DNA of 64,000 nt from an uncultured Acidimicrobiales bacterium (GTDB lineage: Bacteria; Actinomycetota; Acidimicrobiia; Acidimicrobiales; DATKAS01): positions 442,892-506,891 of the forward strand of contig CAWKBM010000001.1 in assembly GCA_963847855.1 (NCBI GenBank), written 5' to 3'. Positions within the stretch are counted from its first letter, which is position 1; each line of letters opens with the position of its first letter. Shown piece after piece: positions 41,013 through 49,740 of the stretch. The translations under genes were made by a program, and so were the position numbers. The notes below the pieces were generated by a model. It saw only the letters and a program-made list of their open reading frames with translations, ran no database searches and was not told where the DNA came from.

Positions 41013-41070
41013 AGCATGCGGCCCGGCAGTTTCACGGCACGGTCACCCCGATTTCACGGCGGGCTACCCT
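41013..41070. promoter_or_regulatory. SARP/OmpR-type phased direct repeats between divergent -10 boxes
   Basis: TTTCACG (41030), GGTCACC (41041), TTTCACG (41052); TACCCT 41065-41070 on + and CATGCT 41018-41013 on -. Confidence 0.6.
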
Positions 41071-41075
41071 CGCCA

Positions 41076-43965
41076 GTGGTGCCCGACCGCGAGCCCGGCT
41101 TCGTGCTGCGGGTCCTCGGGACGGCGCGGCTCGAGCACGACGGTGAGTCGCGATCGATCCCCTCGGCCCGACAGCGGCGGATCTTGACGGTCCTCGCCGC
41201 GGCCGCCGGGCGGCCGGTCAGCGCGGACGCGCTGGTCGACGTGGCCTGGGGCGAAGCGCTGCCCGAGCATCCCCACCAGGCGTTGCACACCCAGCTGACC
41301 AGGGTGCGGCGGCGGCTCGCCGACCGCGCCGACTCGCTGGTCAGCGAGACCGGCGGCTACCGCCTCGGGTTGGGGCGCGATCGAGGTGGACGCCTGGCGC
41401 TTCGAGGACGTCGTCGTTGCCCACGACACGGCGACGGGCCGGGCAGAGCGGCTGCGCTCGGCGCTGTCGTGGTGGGATGGGGAACCGTTCGCCGACGCCG
41501 CAGACCACCCGGCCGTGCAACCGGTCGCGGCGCGACTCGATCAGCTGCGCGGCCAAGCGCTCGAATTGCTGGCCGAGGCCGAGCTGGCCGCTCAACGTCC
41601 CGATGCCTGCCTCGCGGTCGTGGAACCGCTGCTGGTCGAGGACCCATTCCGGGAACGTGCGGTTGCGGTGCTGCTGCGCGCCCTGCAGGCTGCGGGGCGC
41701 GGCACCGAGGCGCTGCACCGGTTCCAGCATTACCGGAGACGCCTCGTGGAAGAGCTGGGGCTCGAGCCGTCGCCGGCGCTCCGGCGCATCGAGCGCGACA
41801 TCCTCGACCATCAGCCGACCGACCGCTGGAACCGAGCCCGCGGGTCGGGGCTCGGTTCCACCGCTGCCGGTCTCGTCTTTCCACGGCCGCCGCGACGAGC
41901 TGCAGCGATGTCACTGACCTTCTCGAGCGTGTTCGGGTCGTCACGATCGTCGGCCCCGGCGGCGCGGGCAAGACGCGCCTCGCTCTGCATGCCGCCCACG
42001 AGATGCAGGGCCACTTCCCCGACGGCGTGTGGTGGTGTGACCTGCTCTCCGCCGCGCCCGGCGACGCCGCGGCGACGATCACCGCAACCCTCGGCCTCCA
42101 GGACCGCGCCGGGCAGGACGCGCTCGACCGGTTGACCACGTATTTCGCCGATCGCCGCGGCCTGTTGGTGCTCGACAACTGCGAGCACCTGGCCGCCGAC
42201 GCCGCCACCGTGGCCGATGCGCTCATGCGGCGGGCGCCGAGCATCGAAGGCGTTGGCCACCAGCCGCCAGCCTCTCGGCGTCGACGGCGAACACCGCATC
42301 CGGCTCGGTCCGCTCCCGACCACCAGCGACGTCGGGTCGCCGGCGGTCGAGCTGTTCATCGACCGCGCCCGCGCCGCCGCGCCCGGCTTCGATGCCGGCA
42401 ACGACATCCGTCGTGCGGTCGCCGGGCTCTGCGACCAGCTCGGCGGCCTCCCGCTCGCCATCGAGCTCGCCGCCGCCTGCATCACCCGGATCGACGTGCA
42501 CACCCTGGCCGCGCGCATCGACGACCATCCACGGCTGCTCGACCGGCCCGCGCCGGACGATCGCCACCACAGCCTGTCCGGTGTCGTGGACTCCAGCTAC
42601 CAGCTCCTCGCCCCGAACGAGCGGCAACTCCTCGACGAGCTCGCCGTGTTCGCCGGCCCGTTCACCCTCGAGCTCGCCGAGTCTCTCGCCGGCCCCACCG
42701 ATGCAACCGGCCACGTCGACGCCACGATCGGAGCACTGGTCGACAAGTCGCTCGTGCTGTTCCGCCCGACCGACGGCCGCTACGAGCTCCTCCCCCCAGT
42801 CAAGGCCGTCGGCCGAGCCCACCTCGCTGCGTCGGGCCGCCTCGAACCCACACAGGACGCCCACGCCCACGCCGTGCTCGACGCGGCAGGCGACGTCGAC
42901 CTCGCTCTGCGGAGCTCGGACGAGACAGCCGCGGCCTCGGCGATCGACGACAGCATCGCCGAGCTACGCGCCGCACGCGCCCACCTCGCAGCTCACGATG
43001 ATGTCGAGCGGTTGGTGCGCCTGTCGGCGAGCCTGCACTGGTTCTCGACGTTGCGGGCCCGCTCGGAGCTGTATCGCTGGGCCGAGGACGCCGTCGCTCG
43101 CCTGCCGAACGCGCCGTCGAGTCCCGACATCGATCGGGCCGCGGCCAGCGCCGCCAACGGCGCCGCGAAGCGAGGCGACCTCGCGCTGGCGCGCACGCTG
43201 GCCGAGACCGGCGTCGAGCGCGCTGGCCGCCGAGGCCCGCTCCAGCCTCGAAGCGCTCGCCCAGGTGCTGCTGTTCGAAGGCGATCTGGACGCCGCCATC
43301 GCCGTTGCGCACGCGCCGCAGCCGCGCGGCATGCGATGGCCGGCGACCGGGCGGCGGCGATCAGCGCCCGCAGCGTCGAGGCCGCGGCCCTCGTCTACCG
43401 CGGCGACCGGCAGGACGCCGAAGCCACCGCACGGAGCTGCCAGCGTGACGCTCACGAGGTCGGGATCGGGTCGCTCGAGGCGATGACCAGCTACGTCCTC
43501 GCCGAGACCATCACCGACCCCGCGGAGGCGGCCGAGTCGTACCGCCACGCGCTCGACCTCGCCGCTCGCAGCCGCGCGGACTTCGTCACGGGCCTCGCCA
43601 ACACGTCGCTCGCCGCGCTCGAGCTGCGCACCGGCCAACACCACCGCGCCCGGAGCCGGCTCAGCGCCGTCATCGAGCACTGGGAACGAGGCGGCATCTG
43701 GAACCAGCAGTGGCTCGCCATCCGTCTCCTCATCGAGGCGCTCGACCGCGACCACGACCACGAAGCGGCCGCTGTCCTCCTCGGCGCCTACGACGCCTCG
43801 CGGTTGGCGGGGCCCGCGTACGGCGACGACGCCAACCGGTTGGCGACCGCGATCGCGCGAGCGCAGGAGGCACTCGGTCTCGACCGATATGGCGACGTCC
43901 ATCGCCGCGGCGCGACGCTCACCGACGCCCAGGCCGCCTCGTTTGCCCGGACGCTCGCCGGTTGA
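41076..43965 (+). CDS. AfsR/SARP family regulator (wHTH-BTAD-NB-ARC-TPR), several frameshifts
   Basis: LRVLG..., VDAWRFE, DPFRER, ELGLEPSP, GPGGAGKTRLA, LVLDNCEH, LGGLPLAIELAAA across 3-4 frames. Confidence 0.85.
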
Positions 43966-44085
43966 GCGAACGCCAAGTCGTCCGCCACACGACCGTTCCG
44001 CGGAGCTCCTTTTCCACCGGGTTCGGCACACACCGACGAAATCGGGTGTTCTGAGCGCGACTCGTTGCGCACGGCACTGCCGCTG

Positions 44086-44124
44086 ACCGCGCGTCGCGGG
44101 TTCGAGTCCTGCTGAGGGCGCTCA
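44086..44124 (+). repeat. attR-like degenerate copy of the tRNA-Arg 3' half
   Basis: ACCGCGCGTCGCGGGTTCGAGTCCTGCTGAGGGCGCTCA vs ACCGTGCGTCGCAGGTTCGAATCCTGCCGAGGGCGCTCA (4 mismatches). Confidence 0.9.
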
Positions 44125-44125
44125 C

Positions 44126-44491
44126 TCACCAGTGGCAAAGGCAGAACGTGTGGCCGACGGGGTCGGCGTAGACGCGGAACTTCTCCTGCGTGTCGAGATG
44201 GCGCGCCCCGAGCGCGATCGCGCGCTCATGCGCGGCCTCGACGTCGTCGACCGCGAAGTCGATGTGCATCTGCTGCTGCACGGTGGGGTCGGGCCAGGTC
44301 GGGGCCGCGAAGCCCGCGGCGGGCTGGAATGTGAGAGCCGTGCCGCCACCGGGTGGGTCGAGCGTGACGAAGCCGTCGCCGCCCTCAGGCACGGGCCACT
44401 CGAGCAGCGCGCCGTAGAACCCGGCAAGGGCGGCCGGGTCGGGGCAGTCGATGACGATGGAATCGAAGCGAGGGATCGCAGCGCCAGGCAT
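44126..44491 (-). CDS. VOC/glyoxalase-like protein
   Basis: IVIDCPDPAALAGFY, QQMHIDFAV, VYADPVGHTFCL. Confidence 0.85.
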   Translation of the reverse strand: MPGAAIPRFDSIVIDCPDPAALAGFYGALLEWPVPEGGDGFVTLDPPGGGTALTFQPAAGFAAPTWPDPTVQQQMHIDFAVDDVEAAHERAIALGARHLDTQEKFRVYADPVGHTFCLCHW

Positions 44492-44510
44492 CGCGCATCT
44501 TGTCACCAGA

Positions 44511-44962
44511 TCAAGCGGGGTCACCGGCGCTCTCCAGGAGCGCCTTGAGCCGCGGAGGTCTTTGTTGTTCGCGCGGCGCATCGCCGGTGCCATGAGCGGA
44601 GCCGCGAGCTTCGAGAAGCCGGCGGGCTCGCCGCGGTTGCGCAACGTCATGCGAGTGCTCGCATCTGACGCGGCCGTCCAGGTGTAGGTCGTCTCCATCG
44701 GGAACGGACCTTGTTGCGTGCGCATCACGACTCGCTCCCCCGGCACGAGCTCCGCTATCTCGTACGTGTACTCGAGCCTCCGGCCGAGGAAGCGAGCGAC
44801 GAACGTGACCAGCGATCCGACGGCTGGCGGAGGTGTGGTCTTCCACGCAACCGAGGAGATGTTCGCGTACCACTCGGGCGCATGAGACGGGTCGGCTGCG
44901 TAGTGGGAGACGATCGCCACGGGTCGATCGATGACGATCTCGGTCCTCACGTCGACGGTCAC
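44511..44962 (-). CDS. SRPBCC/polyketide cyclase family protein (frameshift near 44555)
   Basis: APEWYANI, FVARFLGRRLEYTYE, GPFPMETTY; corrected end ...RLKALLESAGDPA*. Confidence 0.8.
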
Positions 44963-45010
44963 TCGGCGGTCTTCCTCGCGGTCTTCACTCGGCGGTCTTC
45001 CTCGCGGTCT
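44959..45010. repeat. 26-bp perfect tandem duplication spanning a stop/start junction
   Basis: TCACTCGGCGGTCTTCCTCGCGGTCT at 44959-44984 and 44985-45010. Confidence 0.9.
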
Positions 45011-45365
45011 TCTTCGCTGTGTTCACCTTGGGTTGCTTCGCCGGCAACGCAGCCGCCGTCACGAGCGCGGCCTCCGTCCACTTCTTCGCCTTCCGCGCTG
45101 ACCACTCGACGGGCAACGTGACGTAGCCGCCCATGGGTCGTTCCTCGGGACCGAACGGCCCCGCTCCCGGCTCGGCGAGCAGCTGTGTGCGCTCCTTCTC
45201 AGGCAGCTTCACGCCGACTTGCTCGCCGAAGAGACCCATGAACATGTTGCCGTTCACGAACGCTCCGAGGTTGCCGAACATCGGCTTGATCTCGACTCCC
45301 GCCGCAACTGGCACGAGCGAGGAGAAGCGCGCGCGGTCGGCATCGGTGGGCTTGGGCATCTTCAT
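44985..45365 (-). CDS. TfoX/Sxy N-terminal domain protein
   Basis: KPMFGNLGAFVNGNMF, RPMGGYV. Confidence 0.8.
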   Translation of the reverse strand: MKMPKPTDADRARFSSLVPVAAGVEIKPMFGNLGAFVNGNMFMGLFGEQVGVKLPEKERTQLLAEPGAGPFGPEERPMGGYVTLPVEWSARKAKKWTEAALVTAAALPAKQPKVNTAKKTARKTAE

Positions 45366-45676
45366 CGCCTCGACCTCGACTCTTGGTGCTCTGCGGCGAT
45401 CTTGAGGCGGGCGAGGCTGTCGGTCCACATCTCGTCGAGGAACTCGACCGCGTCCCGCAGTCCCTCTCGCCGCCAGCGGTAGAGACGCCGGTTTCCTGCG
45501 GGCCTCATCTCGAGCAGGCCGGCGTCGGTGAGCACGCGCAGGTGCTGAGACACCGCGGGTCGGCTCATCGAGGGGAAGTGTTGCGCGATCTCGCCCGCAG
45601 GTCGCTCGCCGTCGCGGACGAGGCGCAGGATCGCTCGGCGCGTCGGATCTGCCACTGCCCGAAGTGCCTGGTCCAA
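45362..45676 (-). CDS. ArsR family regulator
   Basis: ADPTRRAILRL, SRPAVSQHLRVL. Confidence 0.9.
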   Translation of the reverse strand: MDQALRAVADPTRRAILRLVRDGERPAGEIAQHFPSMSRPAVSQHLRVLTDAGLLEMRPAGNRRLYRWRREGLRDAVEFLDEMWTDSLARLKIAAEHQESRSRR

Positions 45677-45754
45677 TGTGAAATCCGTCCGCTTGCGCTG
45701 CGGCCACTTCTCCGCGAGTCTGTAAGCACAATCTTACACAGATCGGAGATCCCG

Positions 45755-46297
45755 ATGGAGCTCACCGACGCCCTGGACCAGACCTTCATGCACGCCCATG
45801 GCGTGATCGCAGGCGTCCGTCCCGACCAGCTCGACAACAAGACACCGTGCGCCGAGTGGACCGTCCGTGACCTGCTGGCCCACCAGATCAGCGTTGTCGC
45901 CGGGATGGCCGCTGCCGCGTCGGGCGAACCTCGTCCGGAGTTCACGTTGAGCGCCGACCCCGCCGCCCAGTTCGCGCAGGCAAGCGCAGCTGCCATGGAC
46001 GCGTGGCGTGCGCCCGGCGCGCTCGATCAGATCGTCGACGGGGGTGCGGGGCCGATGCCCGGCCGCGTGCTCGCGGGCATCAACCTGCTCGACACCGCGA
46101 CCCACACGTGGGACGTGGCCATCGCTACCGGTCAGTCAGCCGAGCTTCCCGACGACGTCGCGGCAGCGGCGCTCGAGGCCGCGCGCATGATCGTCAACGA
46201 CCAGCTCCGCCCCGGGCGCTTCGGCCCTGAGGTGGCGGCACCGGCAAGCGCGGATCCGACCGCGAAGCTCGTCGCGTTCCTCGGCCGCAATCCGTGA
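45755..46297 (+). CDS. TIGR03086 family (MDMPI/DinB-like) metal-binding protein
   Basis: TPCAEWTVRDLLAH, HTWDVA.ATGQ, LVAFLGR. Confidence 0.85.
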   Translation: MELTDALDQTFMHAHGVIAGVRPDQLDNKTPCAEWTVRDLLAHQISVVAGMAAAASGEPRPEFTLSADPAAQFAQASAAAMDAWRAPGALDQIVDGGAGPMPGRVLAGINLLDTATHTWDVAIATGQSAELPDDVAAAALEAARMIVNDQLRPGRFGPEVAAPASADPTAKLVAFLGRNP

Positions 46298-46698
46298 GCG
46301 GGAGCGGGACGCCCGACGATCCGTGGATCCTGCACACGCCGCCAGGCACGTCGGAGTACCAGATGCATCGAGACGACAGCGTCGATCCACCTGAGCTGGT
46401 CTGCCAGGTCGGGTCGACCAAGCTGCGCTACCTGGCGCGCTGTCTCGACGACGTGCCGGTGATGTTGAAGCAGCACGGCAACTGGATGGATCTCGGCGCC
46501 GCGGACGAGAACAAGCCGGCGAAGGACGGCACGCTCGAAGCATGGGGGCGGTCGGAGAAGAACCCGGTGAAAGGCTGGTACGGGCTGCGCAAGGGCTTCC
46601 GCGGTCGCTTCGCGATGTACGTGCCGCCGTTGCTCGAGCACCTCGGGCTCGTCGAGCTCGAGCACAACCCCAAGAACAACCGAGTGCGCGCGCTCTAG
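46294..46698 (+). CDS. Conserved hypothetical protein (DUF6855-like)
   Basis: DDPWILHTPPG, LGAADE, GWYGLRKGFRGRFAMY, EHNPKNNRVRA. Confidence 0.7.
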   Translation: MSGSGTPDDPWILHTPPGTSEYQMHRDDSVDPPELVCQVGSTKLRYLARCLDDVPVMLKQHGNWMDLGAADENKPAKDGTLEAWGRSEKNPVKGWYGLRKGFRGRFAMYVPPLLEHLGLVELEHNPKNNRVRAL

Positions 46699-47879
46699 CC
46701 CACGGCGAGCGCGCCGGCGACGAACACCTTCGCGACCGATCGCAGTGCGGTGAGGTCGGTGGTCGCGTCTCCGTCGACGATCACGATGTCGGCGTCGTAG
46801 CCGGCCCGGAGTCGACCCTTGCGAACGCCCACGCCACAACCTTCAGCCGCGGCGGACGTCGCCGAGACGAGCGCATCCGCGATCGACACGCCGCCCGCGT
46901 GCAGATCGACGATGGCTTCAGGAAAGACGCCGTGGCGCTTGCCATTGTTGATCCCGGCATCGTCACCGGAGATGATCCGCACGCCCGCCGCGTGCGCTTC
47001 GGCCACGACGCGCCCACGCGCTTCGATCGTCAGACCCAAGCTGGCGAACATCTCTCGGACTCGAGGCGGCATCACCGCGTCGAGCGCGCGGCCCAACGTC
47101 GGACACACGACGATCGCGCGGTCCCGGAGCCGGCCCATCAGCTCAGGCGACATGTCCACACCGCTCGGGCTCACGCAGCTGCAGTGCTCGATGCCGTCGA
47201 CGCCGGCATCGATGGCTTGGTCTACTGCGGCCCGGGCGTGGGCGTGGGCCGTCACCGGGAGTCCGTGACGGTGCGACTCGTCGACGACGAGGCGCAGCTC
47301 GTCGAACGTGAACTGGCACGCCATGACGTCAGTGCCGGGCGTCATGTTGCCGCCGCTGGCCATGATCTTGACGATGTCCACGCCGCGCTCGGCGCGCTCC
47401 GCAACCGCCGCTCGTAACGCGTCGGCGCCAGCCACCTCACCGCCCATCATCCAGCAGTGCCCGCCGACCGACGTGATCGGCGGACCGGAGGCGACGATGT
47501 GCGGCTCGATCGTGTCCCTGGCGCCGCGGTCCCGACGAGCGACGACCGCCCACCGGTCGTCACCGAGATCTCGCACCGTCGTGACGCCGGTGGCGAGCTG
47601 CTGCCGCAACGCGGTGTCGATCACGGTCTGCAGATGCTCGGCGGTGAACTCGGGCAGTCGTTCGAGCGCGCCCACCTCGGAGTCACCGCACAGGTGGAGA
47701 TGCGCGTTGATCAGACCTGGCAGCACGGTGCCCGCGGTCTCGATCACCTCGACGCCGTCGGGCACCGCGAGACCAATGGGCTCGATCCCCGCGATCGTCG
47801 CGCCGTCGAGGAGCACTGTCGCTCCGTCAGGCCGCATCCGCTCCCCGTCGAAGGCCCTCGCGGCTCGGATCGCCAACAT
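46695..47879 (-). CDS. Amidohydrolase family (Xaa-Pro dipeptidase-like)
   Basis: PGLINAHLH, TTVRDLG, VKIMASGG, AHAH, IEHC, GDDAG. Confidence 0.85.
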   Translation of the reverse strand: MLAIRAARAFDGERMRPDGATVLLDGATIAGIEPIGLAVPDGVEVIETAGTVLPGLINAHLHLCGDSEVGALERLPEFTAEHLQTVIDTALRQQLATGVTTVRDLGDDRWAVVARRDRGARDTIEPHIVASGPPITSVGGHCWMMGGEVAGADALRAAVAERAERGVDIVKIMASGGNMTPGTDVMACQFTFDELRLVVDESHRHGLPVTAHAHARAAVDQAIDAGVDGIEHCSCVSPSGVDMSPELMGRLRDRAIVVCPTLGRALDAVMPPRVREMFASLGLTIEARGRVVAEAHAAGVRIISGDDAGINNGKRHGVFPEAIVDLHAGGVSIADALVSATSAAAEGCGVGVRKGRLRAGYDADIVIVDGDATTDLTALRSVAKVFVAGALAVG

Positions 47880-47894
47880 GGTCACCCTCCCCGG

Positions 47895-48680
47895 CTACTG
47901 CTTTCGTCCGGTGACGAACTGGTGGTCGTTGAGGTAGCGATACATCCCCCGGCTGTCGCGGCAGCCCTCGAGTGCCTGCATCACATCGCGCCTCAGGGCC
48001 GCGATGTCGCCCTGGGCCAGTGCGGGCACGACGGGACCGATGCTCGTCATCGCGCGCCACGCCATCTCGGCGTCGGGCCACTCGAGCGCCGCCACCCGCT
48101 CGCCGCGCTCGAGCTGGCCGAAGCCGGCTTCAGTCAGCATCCTCTCGGCGACACCGTCGAAAGCGATGTTGTTCAGCTCGCGCATGCCGCCGACGTGCGC
48201 TGGCGGCGAGTGCTCCACGAACACCTTGAACACCGGGCGCAGATCCAGCGGAGGACCGGTCCCCCAGAAGCTGATGCCGATGCCGCCACCGGGCGCGAGC
48301 ACGCGGTGCGCCTCGGCGAGGGCGGGCTGGTTGCCGCCCCAGATGCCGTTGATGGAGATGACGACGTCGAACGACTCGTCCTTCCAGGGCAGTTCGTACA
48401 TGGAGCCGACTCTGATGTCCGCGTCGGGATTGCGGATCTGCGCGATGTCGATGAGCTCCTCGGCCGCGTCGATGCCCGAGACCTGGGCACCCATGGCTGC
48501 GGCGAGCCGCATGACGCCACCAGACCCACACGCCACGTCGAGCAGCTTCACACCCGGCCCCACACCGAGGCGCGGCAACATCGCCATCAACGTCGGGTAC
48601 GAGTAGTGCTCCCAGAGGCAAGCCCAGTCGTTGGCAGCGTGCCCCCAAGCAGCGCCGGCTTCTTGCCAATCGTGCGCCAT
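47895..48680 (-). CDS. Class I SAM-dependent methyltransferase
   Basis: LLDVACGSG, GSMYELPW, RVLAPGG. Confidence 0.9.
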   Translation of the reverse strand: MAHDWQEAGAAWGHAANDWACLWEHYSYPTLMAMLPRLGVGPGVKLLDVACGSGGVMRLAAAMGAQVSGIDAAEELIDIAQIRNPDADIRVGSMYELPWKDESFDVVISINGIWGGNQPALAEAHRVLAPGGGIGISFWGTGPPLDLRPVFKVFVEHSPPAHVGGMRELNNIAFDGVAERMLTEAGFGQLERGERVAALEWPDAEMAWRAMTSIGPVVPALAQGDIAALRRDVMQALEGCRDSRGMYRYLNDHQFVTGRKQ

Positions 48681-48716
48681 CGGCGGTCAGTCCACCACAG
48701 GTGAGACGATGACGAG

Positions 48717-49740
48717 GTGCAGCCCGAGGACCTCCCGCCTGAGGCGCTCGACGAGCTCGACGACGAGAGCCTGTCTCGCTTCGCGTTTGCACGGGCGTGG
48801 GGGATGCGGCGCTACGAATCGGGTCGAGCGCAGGCTGAGGCGACGTACGACAAGTACAAGGACCGTCCCGTCGTCGACGTCGCCTTCCGCGTGTACCACC
48901 GAGACCGCGACTCCGCAGGCACACTGGTGGGGAGCGCGGTCCGCGTTCCGGCTGTTCCTCTTCTTCGTCCCGATGCTCCTGTTCTTCACCGGGCTCCTCG
49001 GCTTCCTCGCCGAGCACATCGACCGCGCCGACCTCTCCAATGCAGGCATCTCCGGCGGCCTGGCCAGTCAGATCGAGGTGGCGCTCCAACAGCCCTCGTC
49101 CACGCGGTGGGTCGCCACCCTCCTCGGCCTGTTCGGCATGGCCTGGACGGGCCGATCACTGACGAAGGCGCTCGTCGCAGCGAGCTGCTTGGCATGGGTG
49201 CTTCCGGTGCGTACGAAGGCGTCGCCGAAGGTCATGGGCGCGATCGCCGGGCTCGTCGCCGGCATCGCGCTCGTCGCGACACTCGTCGGACGGCTCCGCG
49301 ACAATGGCATCGCCATCGCAAGCATGTCGTTCCTGGTCGGGTTCGCGTTCTACGCCATCGCGTGGCTCGTGCTGACCGCGCTCCTCCCCCGGCGGGACAA
49401 CACCGACCCCAGCGCGCTCGTGCCGGGCGCGGTGATCGTCGCTGGCGTGCTCACCGGGATGCAGGCAGTGAGCCAGATCTACCTCCCGGGCAAGTTCTCC
49501 CACGCGTCAGAGCTGTATGGCGCGATCGGCATCACCATCGTCACTCTCGGATGGTTCTTCATCCTCGGCAGGGTGATGATGTTCTCGATGAGCGTCGACG
49601 CCGTGATCTACGAGCGGTTCGGCAGCATCACCCAGTTCGTGTTCTCACTTCCGCTGCTCAGGATCATCCCGCGCAAGTCGGCGAGGCTCCGCAAGGTCTT
49701 CGGGCTCGAGAAGTCCGAGGCCGACCCTGGGCCGACCTAG
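48717..49740 (+). CDS. YihY/BrkB-like membrane protein (frameshift near 48940)
   Basis: ...AGTLVGSAV|[29 protein letters not shown]. Confidence 0.7.

Larger units (their letters stand above)
37279..44124. mobile_element. Degenerate tRNA-Arg-integrated genomic island, no integrase seen
   Basis: Bounded by the tRNA 3' half (37240-37278) and its 35/39-identical copy (44086-44124); contains a deletion junction. Confidence 0.7.

Noticed and set aside
44086-44124. Second tRNA gene
   Set aside because: Only the 3' half is present, with no D-arm or 5' acceptor strand, so it is treated as an att site
44126-44962. SRPBCC-VOC fusion protein
   Set aside because: Caused by a frameshift near 44555; the alternative frame gives a natural SRPBCC end at 44511
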